Shown: positions 1 to 13,511, counted from the stretch's first letter. The stretch is 64,000 bases of DNA from Octopus vulgaris (GCA_951406725.2 OX597831.1:58156001-58220000), one strand, 5' to 3'. The notes: generated from the sequence alone by a model not told the origin. A program made the numbers and translations.

Positions 1-185
1 CCACCGCTTGTTGGTGTTTGTAGCATAGCGGTTCAGCCCGAGGGGATTGATAGAATCAGAAACCAGTCTGTTTTTTTAAAAAAAAATACGTAAGTACTGA
101 GTTTCATTTGCTCGACTGAAGTTCTAAGACTCGTTGCCCAAGCATGGCCGCACTCCAGTGACTGAAATAAGTGAAAGATAAGACA
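1..185 (+). mobile_element. SINE family A, degenerate 3' part
   Basis: Matches the tail of the full copies (...agcatggccgca...gactgaaa). Confidence 0.75.
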
Positions 186-223
186 ATCTATAATCGAAAA
201 AAAAAAAACAATAAAATACTCAC

Positions 224-316
224 CACGTTAACCATGTGTAAAGTTTGAGAGAAAGATAGTGTGTGGTCTGCTTGCGAAAGAACCAGGAACAGAACTAGTG
301 ATAAAGCCGGCTGCAT
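224..316 (-). CDS. Candidate first coding exon of a secreted/membrane protein (MQPALSLVLFLVLSQADHTLSFSQTLHMVNV); gene continues beyond the left edge
   Basis: ATG at 316 lies 6 nt after a good acceptor (TTTCCTTCACAG, AG at 324-323). The N-terminus is hydrophobic and signal-peptide-like (ends ...SQA). A phase-0 donor GTGAGT sits at 223-218. The sequence is non-repetitive. Confidence 0.5.
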
Positions 317-456
317 TGTTAACTGTGAAGGAAAGCCTCTGAGCGCAGTTTCTTTTATAGCTAGGAAGTCGTCCAATCCTTTTAAACTTGACTTTGAAGT
401 ATGCGTAATTGTATGCGTGTGCGTGCGCGTGCGTGAGTGTGTGTATGTGTGTGTGT

Positions 457-488
<32 letters not shown>

Positions 489-607
489 ATACATCATGGA
501 ATTTGGAACTTTGGTTTCTACAGGAATTCTCTTCTGTTTTTTTTTTTCTTCCTTTGGTGGTGTGGCAAAACCCATTTTATTTATTACATACAAAGCACGT
601 ACGTATA

Positions 608-712
<105 letters not shown>

Positions 713-859
713 TACGAAATCACATAAAAAAATACAAGTCCGAAACTGAAGAAAACACTAACATGAGTTGAAGAAAGGAAAAAAAAAAGAGGAAAAACGG
801 AAGAAAAAGGAAAAAAAAAACAACAAAAAAAAGCCCATCACTTCGACACTAAGCGCTTC

Positions 860-990
860 AATTGGTCGCATACCACAAGGTTCAACAGAGTCTTACTGAA
901 GCAAGCCAACACGCTCGCAGCATTACCGCGGACGAGGGCGAGGCTAAATAAAGCGTTGAAACAGCCAACGCTCACGGGCATGACGTCACA
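860..990 (-). promoter_or_regulatory. CpG-richer unique segment, candidate promoter plus short non-coding exon 1
   Basis: Perfect CRE TGACGTCA at 981-988, TATTTA-like box at about 950-944, and donor-like GTAAGA at 896-891 or GTATGC at 873-868 on the minus strand, upstream of the candidate exon. Confidence 0.4.
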
Positions 991-1278
991 CTACTACGCA
1001 CAGCCAGCAAAAATATACCCCGATGCCTCCTGTATATGAATACAAACATACCCATTCAAACACTCACGCACGATCTGCTCTAGTATTCTCTCTCACTCGA
1101 CCTCACTTTCTTGGCTTCCCTTTCTATTCACTGCCACTCACTCTTATTTATTTAATTATTCGTTTATTCATTTTAATCTTTCTTTTTTTTTTTTCTTTTT
1201 TCTTTTGCCAGGATTTTGTACTTATTTGTGAGACTCATTCGTCCTTGCTATAATTTAAAACTTTTTATCGCGTATAAA

Positions 1279-1442
1279 AGGCGCAGGAGTTGCTGTGTGG
1301 TAAGTAGCTTGCTTACCAACCACATGGTTCCGGGTTCAGTCCCACTGCGTGGCAGCTTGGGCAAGTGTCTTCTACTATAACCTCGGGCCGACCAAAGCCT
1401 TGTGAGTGGTTTTGGTAGACGGAAACTGAAAGAAGCCTGTCG

Positions 1443-1496
<54 letters not shown>

Positions 1497-1700
1497 TTTC
1501 TGTGTCTGTGTTTGTCCCCTTAGCATTGCTTGACAACCGATGGTGGTGTGTTCATGTCCCCGTAACTTAGCGGTTCGGCAAAAGAGACCGATAGAATAAG
1601 TACTAGGCTTACAAAGAATAAGTCCTGGGGTCGATTTGCTCGACTAAAGGCGGTGCTCCAGCTTGGCCGCAGTCAAATGACTGAAACAAGTAAAAAAAAA
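1279..1700 (+). mobile_element. SINE family A, full length (tRNA-like head, internal (TA)n(TG)n, LINE-like tail)
   Basis: A-box-like TTGCTGTGTGG (TGGCTGTGTGG in other copies) and B-box-like GGTTCAGTCCC; near-identical copies recur more than 15 times in the window. Confidence 0.92.
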
Positions 1701-1989
1701 GAAAGACATTTTCTGGTATTTTTCCCATTATTGACAGCTAATTTTCTTTTTTTTACACTGTTTTTAAAACTACTACGATTGCGAGAATAATGTAATAGTT
1801 GGTCGACATAACGTCGGAATAGTCGTCACTAGCTCATGGAGAAACAAAAATGTGATAGTTTATTTAGTAAGCCTTGAGTAACAAAAAAAGCAAAAAAGCA
1901 AAAAAAAAAAATAAAATAAAATAAAAAAGTCACTCGACTGTGGGAAGAAGTGTTTTCCCTGTATTTCTTAATTTCCGTGTAAGCTGCCT

Positions 1990-2126
1990 GCCAAGAAGTT
2001 TGCCTCCCACGCACATAGTTCCGGGTTCGTTCCCATTGAGCGACATCTTGGGCAGGTGTCTTCTATAGCCTCGGTTCGACCAAAGCTTGGGAGTGGATTT
2101 AGTTGAAAGAAACGAAAAGAAGCTCG

Positions 2127-2161
<35 letters not shown>

Positions 2162-2168
2162 GTGTGTA

Positions 2169-2228
<60 letters not shown>

Positions 2229-2570
2229 TTGTTCCTCGCCACAGCTTAACAACCGATGCTAGGTATTTACGTCCCCGTGAATTAGCAGTTCGACAAAAGA
2301 CACTGATAGAATAAGTATCGGCTCAAAAAAAAAGAAAAAAGAGAAAAAGGAAAATAAAGAAAAAAAGAAAAATAGAAAGAAGAAAAAGAAAAAAAAACCC
2401 AAAAAACCAAAAACCAAAAAAAAACAAAAAAGAAAAAAAAAGAAAAAAGATAAAGGAAACAAAAAGAAAAAAGAAAAAAAGAAAGAAAAACCCTGGGGTT
2501 AATTCATTCGACTAAAATTCTTCAGGATGGTGCCCCAGCTTGGCCGCAATCTATTGACACAAGTAAAACA
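1990..2570 (+). mobile_element. SINE family A, diverged copy with an A-rich expansion
   Basis: Similar to 1279-1700. Confidence 0.8.
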
Positions 2571-3279
2571 TAGACAACTATTTTTGCAGTTGTTATGACA
2601 GTCTCTACAAGTATAATTGATTTATGGTACACTGTGTAATACAATTTTCGTCCTTCAGTTGCAACATTTATTTCAAATTTATTTCATATTCAAACTGGTT
2701 AATATTCCCTTCAAACTCTGCTTCTGTTATGGTATTTATTCAGGCCCCCAAAGAATCCCTCTCTATGATACTCCTCCATCACCTCTGCTCACGATCAAAG
2801 ATGCACATATTGTCGGGCATTAAGGGACATGCTCAAATGGCTACGGTCAAGCAACTGACAAGCAGATTTGTCCTATTGAGTAGAATATTTGTTATAACGA
2901 TATTTCTGCTTCAGCAACTCAGCGCGGAATCTATCTGAAATGTAATGGAAAAATTGATCAGTTTCAAAATATTAATGTTCAGATTACAAAAGTAAAGTTT
3001 GAAAGGAACAGTAGCCATTTCGTTTGATTTCTAAATAGAAGCAAATAGGAAATAACACTTACTGACCAAAGGCAAAAAAAAAAAATTTGTTACACAACGT
3101 AATTACTACTGTTTATATTTACTTATAAACCATAATATTGCACTAAATACTCACGACTGTCTGATAATCGGTTACTTGAAACCCTGAGCAACAGTTCGTG
3201 AAATCTTAACTCTTGTTTTGCACCGATGTGCTTGCATGTGTGTGTGTGTACACACACACACACACACACTAATATACAA

Positions 3280-3400
3280 TCTCTCTATATAAAATCCTTT
3301 GTTTCTGTCTGTTCCCAATGTATTCTCAAACGGCTCAACCAAATCAAATAAAATTTTACATGATAAAACCCCGTGAGCGTCAACATGTAATTGATTTTGT
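3280..3400 (+). mobile_element. Helitron-like 5' end fragment
   Basis: A|TCTCTCTATATAAAA...tctgtctg...acggctcaacc resembles the 5' end of 25592-26113. Confidence 0.4.
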
Positions 3401-3539
3401 CATTTGGATTAAAACAATACGACATTGGCACTGGTTCGGTATTACGTGTCAAAAGTCAATGAATAAAAGTGAAAGAATAAGATCTATATTGTAATGTGAT
3501 ATATTGTTTCACTTTTATACTTTTACTTTTAATTCTAAC

Positions 3540-4145
3540 CACGACAACAATGACGTCACATTTTGTATATGATTGTGTATCTGTCTGTGAATGTATGTGT
3601 ATGAGTGTGTATATGTCTCACAGTGTGTATGTCTTTCCGCGTTAGGTACGTTATTAAACATACTATATATGTGTGTGTGTGTGTGGGGGGGGGCTGGTCA
3701 GTGTCAATACGAAATTTTATTTTCATTTCGCTTAAAACAATACAACATTTCATAGAGATGATCTTTCTATGGTCAATAGGACATTTTATACTACGACGAC
3801 AACGACATCACATTTTGTATATGACTGTATCTGTCTGTGAGTGTATGTGTGTAAGTGTATGAGTGTGTATATGTCTCAAAGTGTGTGTGTCTTTCAGTGT
3901 TAGGTACGTTATTAAACATACACACATCTGCACACACATATACATATATAATGACTGACATGCGTGTATGTATGTCTCTGTGTGGCTATCTTAGTATATG
4001 TATGTGAGTGTATATCAGGAACATTTATACCACGACGTCACATTTTATATATGAGTGTATATCTGTCTGTGAGTGTATGAGTGTATACGTGTCTGTAAGT
4101 GTGTGTGTTTCCGCGTTATGTACGTTATTAAACATACGCACACTT
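3540..4145. repeat. Three dispersed-tandem copies of a ~120-bp unit about 250 bp apart
   Basis: tcacatttt(g/a)tatat...tacgttattaaacata at about 3550-3661, 3800-3920 and 4030-4137. Confidence 0.75.
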
Positions 4146-4361
4146 CTACACATACATATATGTATGTGACGGCTGACAAGTCTGAATGTATGTATGTGAG
4201 TGCTAGAGGTGAAACTCTTGAAAAAAAAAACGAGGTGGCAAGGTCCAAGGTATATATAAAAATACACATTTACTGTTCCATTACCAGTTAATAATTACCA
4301 CAGCAATTGCAAGGTATTTACAATTACATATTCACCCTTACATTAAGGAATTTATCCTATA

Positions 4362-4753
4362 CTAGCAGTATCGCCCGGCGTTGCTCGGGTTTGTAAGGGA
4401 AATAACTATATAAGCATTTTTAGAGAGTTATAGCCAAAAAAATAGCAAAAACATGCATTAAAAATGGAAAAAAAATGATGGTAAATTTTTTAAAAAATCG
4501 TTGACTCATCGTAGACATTTTTAGAGAGTTACTTCCCTTAGCGAAAAAAATGCATTAAAATGGAAAAAATGATGGTAAATTATTTTTAAAATCGTAGACT
4601 CATCGTAGACGCGCGCTAATACCCAGAAGGGCTCGATATGAATCACGACTATAAGATACCCGCTTTTGGTTACACTGCACCGCAAAATGTGGGAGATGTT
4701 AGGAATCTAAATCGTAGGAGACAGACACACAACTTCTCTTTTATATATAAAGA
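4362..4753 (-). mobile_element. Non-autonomous Helitron
   Basis: The minus strand starts with TC and ends CCCGAGCAACGCCGGG hairpin + CTAG. It sits between A and T with no TSD. A second copy is at 24592. Confidence 0.88.
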
Positions 4754-5802
4754 TATAATTCTTTATCTCTCTGTAATAATTATTGTGGCATTTACCGTCA
4801 AATTAGCAGTTCTATACACGTGCTTCTATTTCGTTAATTTGCTTATATTTTGTTAATTTACACTGTATACGAGAATACAAACGTACTATATTCATATCAC
4901 GTGGTAAGTTATTATGCCTTATTTCTTGAAATAATTTATTGCTACATATTCTCATGTGACTTCATAGGCTCACTTTATTCTACAGCCACACCAGCAATCC
5001 AATGTCAACCCTTCGTCTTCTGCAACATTTGAACAGTTCACTTCCTCGTTGTCGTCTCCCATTGCAGCCCATTTCCAGAATATACCCATTTACGTACAAT
5101 ATCTCCATTACATCTCCATTCATTTGATTGTCAACCATACGATGGGTTGTGTTAGGCGCAGCGCTGACCACCCCAAAGGCGAGTATATCCGCTGACAGCT
5201 TTTCAGTGAGTTCAAAAAGTACACACTCCCTTCCAAATTTGGATGACAGGCTAGGACCTGGAATCCTCCAAACGGACGTATTACATGTCGCTTTGTCGAA
5301 CTAGACCATCATTTACTCTATAAATGTTTTGTCGTCGATGCTGCACTTTCCAATATCACCTCTTTCAACATAACTGTAATATATATATTGTTGGCATCCT
5401 TTTGTCTCGGGTGACAAAGGAGTTGCGCATAAACTAATCCAGTCTGGTTTTTACATTTCATGTCCACTCCAGTTTTTGCGCAGGCCTGGGCTAGATGTAG
5501 GAAAATCCTGGGTAGCCCAATTCTCAGGATTCCTCTCTCGACCTTGATGACGTAGTCCAAAGGAGTGCAGAGCATTACGTTTGGCACCAATTGGTTGCAG
5601 GGGCTGCCGGAAGAGTATCGAGTCGAACATTAAACCGCCTACGGGGCTCCACTCCGGATTCTTTAAAGGTTGTCTCCTTTCCGTAACCCTGGATAGGGAT
5701 CCATACCGGGAACTGTAAGCCAGAGCCAGCTGAACCCGGGACTCGTGTCAGGCAGGACAGTTACTCCATGAAGTAGTGAAGAAAATCGTTACCTACTACC
5801 TA

Positions 5803-5854
<52 letters not shown>

Positions 5855-5899
5855 TAGGTAGTAGGTAGCGATTTTCTTCACTACATATATATATATGTA

Positions 5900-6140
5900 A
5901 AAGTAATATGTGACAATTATTCTGTAGCCAAGATAAGACTCCGAGTTTCGGATGCCGAGGTGAATATTCATGCCGCCATCTCTTCAGTTATCCGGCCATC
6001 GGAAAAAACGCTATGAAAAATTAGGGTAATATTTCATAGCGTTTTTCCGATGGCCGGATAACTGAAGCATGAATTTCCACCTCGGCATCAGAAACTCGGA
6101 GTTTTATCTTGGCTATCGAATAATTGTCACATATTACTTT
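5900..6140. mobile_element. Inverted-repeat (Penelope pseudo-LTR-like) element carrying a hammerhead motif
   Basis: Arms 5900-6020 and 6028-6140 are reverse complements; the right arm has a short deletion in the ribozyme core. Confidence 0.75.
5932..5992 (-). ncRNA. Type I hammerhead ribozyme motif (C3-G8)
   Basis: GATAA CTGAAGA GATG...CATC C GAAA CTCGGAG TC TTATC: stems I, II and III plus a GUC triplet, with one extra C before GAAA. Confidence 0.72.
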
Positions 6141-6220
6141 CACAGATAATTTCCTCTATTTACATAATATCGTGGTCTCTTTCTTTCTTTTGTCATCTTA
6201 TCGTTTTTATCAATATCATC

Positions 6221-6742
6221 GAACATTTTCATCAAATATTTTCATCAGACATTTTCATCAGACATTTTCATCAGACATTTTCATCAAACATTTTCATCAG
6301 ACATTTTCATCAAACACGTTCATCAAACATTTTCAGCAGGCATTTTCATCAAACATTTTCATCAGACATTTTCATAAAACATTTTCATCAAACATTTTCA
6401 TTAGATATTTTCATCAAACATTTTCATCATTTTCACCAGACATTTTCATCAGACATTTTCATCATTTTCATCAGACAATTTTATCAAACATTTTCATCAA
6501 ATATTTTCATCAGACATTTTCATCAAACATTTTCATGAACCATTTTCAGCAAACATTTCTCAGACATTTTCATCAAACATTTTCCTCAAACATTTTCATA
6601 AGATATTTTCATCAGACATTTTCATCAAACATTTTCATCAAACATTTTCATCAGACATTTTCATCAAACATTTTCATCAAACATTTTCATTAAACATTTT
6701 CATGAAACATTTTCATGAAACATTTTCATGAAACATTTTCAT
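6221..6742. repeat. 13-bp minisatellite (CATCARACATTTT)n
   Basis: Direct tandem periodicity over about 520 bp. Confidence 0.95.
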
Positions 6743-6793
6743 TAGGTAGTAAATCTTAGAGGGAGTTATAAACAGTAGCTGAAACATCGTGAC

Positions 6794-6843
<50 letters not shown>

Positions 6844-6845
<2 letters not shown>

Positions 6846-6954
6846 CTAACAGAGATACCCAGCGTTGCTCGGAATTAAAATGGTATAGTTTATATATATA
6901 TATATATATATATACCATTTTAATTCCGAACAACGCTGGGTATCTCTGTTAGTA

Positions 6955-6955
<1 letters not shown>
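6844..6955. repeat. Inverted pair of Helitron-like 3' termini around a (TA)n spacer
   Basis: atactaacagagatacccagcgttgctcggaattaaaatggtata and its reverse complement. Confidence 0.7.
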
Positions 6956-7009
<54 letters not shown>

Positions 7010-7783
7010 CATACATACAAGAGCGGCTTCTGGTCCTGGAGCCAATTTATAAATTGTCGAAAGCCAAAGCCTTATAACTGAAGCAGTAATCAGTGTCCTG
7101 ATGTTGAATGTGCTGACAATATGAAGAACTTTACGTTGGACAAATGTGAGAAGTGCTTTCCTAAAGCATATTTCACATTAAGTAGTTTCCCGGAGGCCTC
7201 ACAGATCTAGGGACCCAGTTCCAATGTATGTTTAGCAGTCAATAAATAAATACTATAGTGCATTGATATGAAACCGGGAGATTATGATGCTGTTAAGACG
7301 CAGTTAAATGTGACAGCACCATCTTTCTCTGCACCAGGGCTGAACTGTCCGTGAGGATAGAGCATGCATTCTTATTGGAAACCAATGTAAACCAAAGAGG
7401 TGAGGGCGTCGAATGAGGGACTCTAAACCTGGTGGTGTTGCACAGCAAATTCATCTTGTCAGTTTTGTGATAATATACTAAGATCGCAACTCCTTTAGTA
7501 ACCCTTTTCTGTTAGAGCTGGTCATCCCTACCCTTTTCTGATGTCTAAAATCCATTCTATAAAACTAGCTGTTTTTCTATTTGGCTGTTGCCTCACACCC
7601 TTTGGTGTGAGACATATCCCTCCTGCGATACACACCCTGGACCGTCTTATCCCTCTCGCTTATTCCACCTTTTTTCCTACTGCTCACCATCCGTTGCCCA
7701 TTCCACTTTACGCTTCATCTTCCAACTAAACCACATTTTTTCTATGACTTCTTCGCTCTCACTAAACAACATAAACTCCACTC

Positions 7784-7836
<53 letters not shown>

Positions 7837-7837
7837 G

Positions 7838-7912
<75 letters not shown>

Positions 7913-7919
7913 ATGTATG

Positions 7920-8110
7920 TGTGTTTCTATCTGTGTTTGTCCCACACCACTGCTTGAAACCGGTGTTGGCGTGTTTATGTCCCCGTAACTTAGCGGTTCG
8001 GCAAAAGAGCCCGCGTCAGAATAACTACCAGGCTTTTACAAAAAGAAGTACTAAATTCAAGGTGGTGCCCCAGCGTGGCCGCAGTCAAATGCCCGAAACT
8101 AGTAAAAGAT
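7920..8110 (+). mobile_element. SINE family A, 3' half
   Basis: Similar to the family A tail. Confidence 0.75.
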
Positions 8111-8412
8111 GCCCATTTTATTTTTGCATATGAATTCAAAGACTTTTTCAGGTTAGTAGAAATAACAGTCTTCCAACTGCGACCGCCCCTTCATATTAAA
8201 AAAAAAAGAACAAAAAAATAAAACAAAACAAAACAAAGCAAAAAACACAAAAAAAAACACAGTAAACAATTTTCAATTCAAATAGCGTCAGTACAATTTA
8301 CAATGAATAAATAACAATACAATTTATGACAAAACAATATCTATTGTTGCAATTAAAAAATTTTTTTTTCTAATTTTGGAACAAGGTAAACAATTTTTCA
8401 AGAATTGAGTCA

Positions 8413-8828
8413 GGATCTTTTCGATTTGAACTGCAGTTTTTCCTAGCGGTGTCATATGAAATTGTCACCCATAATTATGACCCTAGTATCGATCTATTGC
8501 ATTTCAATCTATTTTAGGGGTAGGGTTAGGGATGGGGGAGGGGTATCTTTTTTTCTTCACAAATATAAATAAACCCAATCTGTTTCTTAATCGAGGGACA
8601 TATTCATTCGGCACAGCATGTTATTTACCTCAATGGACGTCATTGATTGGTTGAAATTGCAGAAATTGAAGGAAAAAACAACAAATATCTTACAAACTAT
8701 AGAATTTTCTCAATAAAGCCAAGAGAAAAAGATGTTTTATAAACACATTCTACCAGTATACGAAGTTAAAAATTTTTTTAGTTACCTAGAAATTATGTTA
8801 AAAACTGCCATTCAAACCGAAAAGATCC
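8413..8828. mobile_element. MITE with ~29-bp TIRs and internal TTAGGG repeats (copy 1)
   Basis: GGATCTTTTCG...CGAAAAGATCC termini with tgagtca duplicated on both flanks; three copies in the window. Confidence 0.88.
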
Positions 8829-8844
8829 GTGAGTCATTGTAACA

Positions 8845-9003
8845 TCGATCACAGTACTTGACTAGTACTTTATATTATTCACCTCGAAAGGATGAAAAGC
8901 AAAGTGGATATCAGCGTGATTTGAACTCATGACGTAAGGAGTCGGAAGAAATGCCACAACGCAGTTTGAGTGACTTGCTAACGATTCTGCCAGCTCGCCG
9001 TCT
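8845..9003 (-). mobile_element. SINE family B, diverged
   Basis: gaaaggatgaaaagcaaagt...tttgaactc...ctgccagctcgccg. Confidence 0.7.
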
Positions 9004-9029
9004 TAGTTACAATCTTTTATCTGTTAATT

Positions 9030-9436
9030 TTTATATGCTTCAGTCATTAGACTGTGGCCATGCTGGGGTACCGCCTGAAAGAATTTTCAGTCGACTGTAT
9101 CAAACCCAGGACTTATTTTTTTTTTGTTAAACCTGGTCATTATCTTATTGGTCTCTTTTGCCGAACCGCCAGATTACAGGTACGTAAATACACCACCATT
9201 GGTTGTCAAGTGGTGGTCTCATATACACATGTGCGCGCGCACATACAAAAGGATACACTCACACGCGCACACATACACATTCGACGGGCATTTTTCAGTT
9301 TCCCTCTACCAAATCCATTCACAAGACTTTGGTCGGCCTGGGGCTACAGAAGACAATTGTCCTAAATGCTACGCAGTGCGACTGAACCACGTGGGACTGG
9401 GAAGTGAACTTCGTACTACACAGCCATGCCTGCACC
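9030..9436 (-). mobile_element. SINE family A, diverged
   Basis: Reverse complement of the family A consensus. Confidence 0.85.
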
Positions 9437-9495
9437 TATTTAATGGTATTGAGAACAAAAAACAAACAAACAAAAGAACAAAAGCACATGAAGAA

Positions 9496-9659
9496 AGGCG
9501 TAGGAGTGGCTGTGTAGTAAGTAGCTTGCTTACCAACCACATGGTTCCGGGTTCAGTCCCACTGCGTGGCACCATGGGCAAGTGTCTTCTACTATAGCCT
9601 CGGACCGACCAAAGCCTTGTGAGTGGATTTGGTAGACGGAAACTGAAAGAAGCCGGTCG

Positions 9660-9712
<53 letters not shown>

Positions 9713-9971
9713 ATGTATGTATGTATGTATGTATGTATGTGTGTGTGTGTATATGTTTGTGTGTCTGTGTTTGTCCCCCCAACATCGCTTGACAACTGAT
9801 GCTGGTGTGTTTACGTCCCCGTAATTTAGCGGTTCGGCAAAAGAGACCGATAGAATAATTACTAGGCTTACAAAGAATAAGTTCTGGGGTCGATTTGCTC
9901 GACTAAGAGGCGGTGCTCCGGCATGGCCACAGTCAAATGACTGAAACAAATAAAAGAGTAAAAGAGTAAAG
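9496..9971 (+). mobile_element. SINE family A, full length
   Basis: Full head, microsatellite and tail, ending in (TAAAAGAG)n. Confidence 0.92.
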
Positions 9972-10636
9972 TTTATAACGAAAGAGTTCTCAAGTGCAAT
10001 CACTGGAAAATTCAACATTGCAGTTCTTCTGAATGCATGGTGCTGGTCGGGGGAGATTTTCCCTGACGGTTTTATTTTTTCTTGATGTTTCTGCACAGCT
10101 GTGGTCCTCTCAGCTAACTTAAGGAATAGTTGCATCTCACTTGTGTCCGTTGTCCATTTTTGTCAATGTCTTTGCTCCTTCGCCTGTTGTTTGCTATTCT
10201 TTCATAAGCCGCCTTTAGCTTTATTTAGGTCTGAGGAATTTTCAGTCAACGATTTGGAATTCGTTAGTAATTTTGTACACACCAAACAATGTATTTGATG
10301 TGTAATTATTGCGCGTCATTGGTTAGATTTTTTATGACGTCTTCACTCAGTTTGAAAGATCCTGTTTTGTTCTTTACTAAAATTTAAGTGAAAAAAGAAC
10401 CCAGGTTTAAAATTGAGGCTGAGAATGTTACAGCAGTTTCTCTTCAGTTTAAAAATATTAATGGTCCCAGATTGGGTCAAACTATACATGTGGCAAAACG
10501 GAGAAGCTATAATGTTAATTCTTGAATGAGATTGCATGAATCATATTAATCAGAGCGTCCACAAGTTTTTAAGACAGTGAGGATACAATGAAAGAGATTT
10601 CGTAGCTCTTTATAGGGAATAAATGACCCTGTAGAG

Positions 10637-10893
10637 CAGTGGTTGTCTCCCATTGGTCCACATGGTCCTTCATGATGGAGATATAAGATTTTGTTGTTAA
10701 AATTTAGGTGCAATAAACTGGTTATATTTCTTCAATACACAAAATATTTTAACAATTTTTTAAATACAATTCCTAATAATATTTTATCATAAAAATATAA
10801 GAGCTTTTAGGCATCAAATGACTATAAGGATTCCACCTGCTGTGAAATTGGAATCAAAGAGGTCCATAAGCAAAAAAGGGTTAAGAACTATTG
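10637..10893. mobile_element. Degenerate hAT-type MITE
   Basis: Termini CAGTGGTT... / ...GGTTAAGAACTATTG resemble hAT TIRs. Confidence 0.35.
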
Positions 10894-11000
10894 TAGAAAC
10901 TCGCTGCCCCTTTGGTTAGGAATTAATACCAGTGGGTAATATATGGAGTTGTGTGGAGTTTAGGCTTACAAGGAACAGCGCATTATTAATAGATCTTCAA

Positions 11001-11160
11001 GGTATGGTTGTGTGGCAAGAGGTTTGCTTCCTAACCACATGGTTCCAGGATCAGTCCCACTGCATGGCACCTTGGGCAAGCGTCTTCTACTATAGCCTCA
11101 GGCCCACCAAAACCTTGTGAGTGGATTTGATATGATGAAGACTGAAAGAATCTTGTCGTT
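11001..11160 (+). mobile_element. SINE family A, 5' half
   Basis: Similar to the family A head. Confidence 0.75.
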
Positions 11161-11367
11161 GAAGTGAATTTGTTTTTTAAAAGTTAAAATATGTCACAAT
11201 CGTATTTTAACTAACCCAAAGTTCGTTTATTCCTCATCACTGCTATACTTATTTAGGTCAGGAAAATGTTGTGACGCCATGAAAACCGAGTAACACTTGA
11301 CCCCCCAAGAAAAATAACACACACACACACAAAATATTAGTTAGGTGTGTATATATATGTGTATGTA

Positions 11368-11448
<81 letters not shown>

Positions 11449-11760
11449 GTCTGTCTGTCTGTCTATCTGTCTGTCTGTCAGTTTGTCTGTCTGTCTGTCG
11501 GTCTGTCTATCTATCTAGCTATCTATCTATATATACACACACATACATAATATTGTGTATTTTGTGTGTGTGTGTGTGCATGTGTGTGTGTGTGTGTGCG
11601 TGCGCGCGCGCGTGTTATATACGCGTTCATGTATTTGTTTCTATACACAATTTCACATCAGAGGTCTTGGAAAACAGATATTATATTTGGGGATGGTCAT
11701 TTTTAATATATTTTTCTGACAAATAATCTCATGGACTATATACACGTTCTTCATTTCAGC

Positions 11761-11822
<62 letters not shown>

Positions 11823-12289
11823 CATTATTATTATTTTAGTGTCCTTTATCTGAAATCTTTTGTCACACATCCTGTGACCTCTTCAGCGACACTCCATCCC
11901 ATATGTCTCCGCCTGTCCTGTTTTGTCCATTCTGTAGTCAGGAGGAGAGATATGTAATGGTGAGTCACTGAAGAGGTCACATCTGCTCAAATAATCTCAG
12001 TTCAAGATAATTGCTATATATATATATATATATATATACATGGTCTAGGAACTAAATAAGATGGTAAACGTTTTTAATTTTCATTCCATTCGAGAATTTA
12101 TCGATAAATAGTGGTTTGAGTTTTCTACTGCTCTTTCTAGCACAAGGCTTTCCTATTTGGAAGCCTCTTGATGTGTTTTAATGTACACGATATTTCTATG
12201 TGAATAATATGTAGTCTATTGACTAATTCTTTTTTGTGCTAGGTCACAGGTAATAATAATTTATATCATTCTTATTACCCCAATGTTAC

Positions 12290-12367
<78 letters not shown>

Positions 12368-13060
12368 CTTTTATACATCAATGAATTTTCATTAATAATT
12401 GCAGTTCCTGGAATATTAAAATCTTTCAAATGCCGATTTGAGTAGTTTTTAAATATTATGTGCAAATATCATTTTTGATTTCATTTTTATCGGTCATTTT
12501 GCGTACATATTTAAAACCATGATTTGAAGAAATCTTAAATCATGTTTTTATATTCTTCGAATTCTGATCAAAGTTCAGCAAAATTTATAATATTGATTCT
12601 TGAAAATCAGTTCAGGTTGAAGTACAAAGGTCATTGAACTGCTGATATATTTTTATAGAAGTTTTGACGTCATATCCTGTTTAACATTTGATTCTATTTG
12701 TAGAGCATTGCTTCCGCTTTGATCGAAATACACTGCATTGTCGACAAAGACGGAAATATCCTACCAAACACAGTAACTGGTATTGTGGAGTCTAGAATAT
12801 ACAGATAAGTTAGCTGATCTTAAATTATTGTCATAACTAGACTAATATTTATGTATCAGTAATGGTTGTATGCTTAACATGCTTTGCTTCGTAACCAAGT
12901 GGATCCAGATTAGGTTCTGGATCCGTTCGTTTGAGCTTTACTTTAGACAAGTATCTGCTGTTGAACTAATGCCAGTTTGACCAATACTTTGTATGAGGAA
13001 TTTGGTAGACAGAAACTGTGCAAAAGCTAGTTGTGTTTGTATATGTATTTTCTTAAATAC

Positions 13061-13436
13061 TAGTTTCAGTCATTTGACTGTGGCCATGCTGGAGCACCGC
13101 CTTTAGCCGAGCAAATCGACCCCAGGACTTATTATTTGTAAGCCTAGTACTTATTCTATCGGTCTCTTTTGCCGAACCGCTAAATTACGTGGATGTAAGC
13201 ACACCAGCATCGGTTGTCAAGCGATGTTGGGGGACAAACACAAATAGATAAACACACAGACACACACATATATATATACATACATATATACGACGGGCTT
13301 CTTTCAGTTTCCGTCTACCAAATCCACTCACAAGGCTTTGGTCGGCCTGAGGCTATAGTAGAAGACACTTGCCCAAGGTGCCACGCAGTGGGACTGAACC
13401 CGGATCCATGTGGTTGGTAAGCAAGCTACTTATCAC
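13061..13436 (-). mobile_element. SINE family A
   Basis: Reverse-complement copy, head-to-head with the next copy. Confidence 0.9.
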
Positions 13437-13446
13437 GTGCACGAAT

Positions 13447-13511
13447 GTGTAAGTCTTCTGCTATAACCTCGGGCCGGCCAATGCCTTGTGAGTGCATTTG
13501 GTAGAAGCCTA

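Noticed and set aside
224-235. MVNV resembling the start of ribosomal protein L36a
   Set aside because: Only four residues; the in-frame upstream ATG with a signal-like peptide explains the exon better.
4980-5790. GC-richer coding-like segment
   Set aside because: All frames are interrupted and no motif can be named; probably an old retroelement relic.
6124-6693. 189-aa ORF; repeat array that superficially resembles CRISPR
   Set aside because: Translation of a 13-bp minisatellite; there are no spacers and no cas genes.
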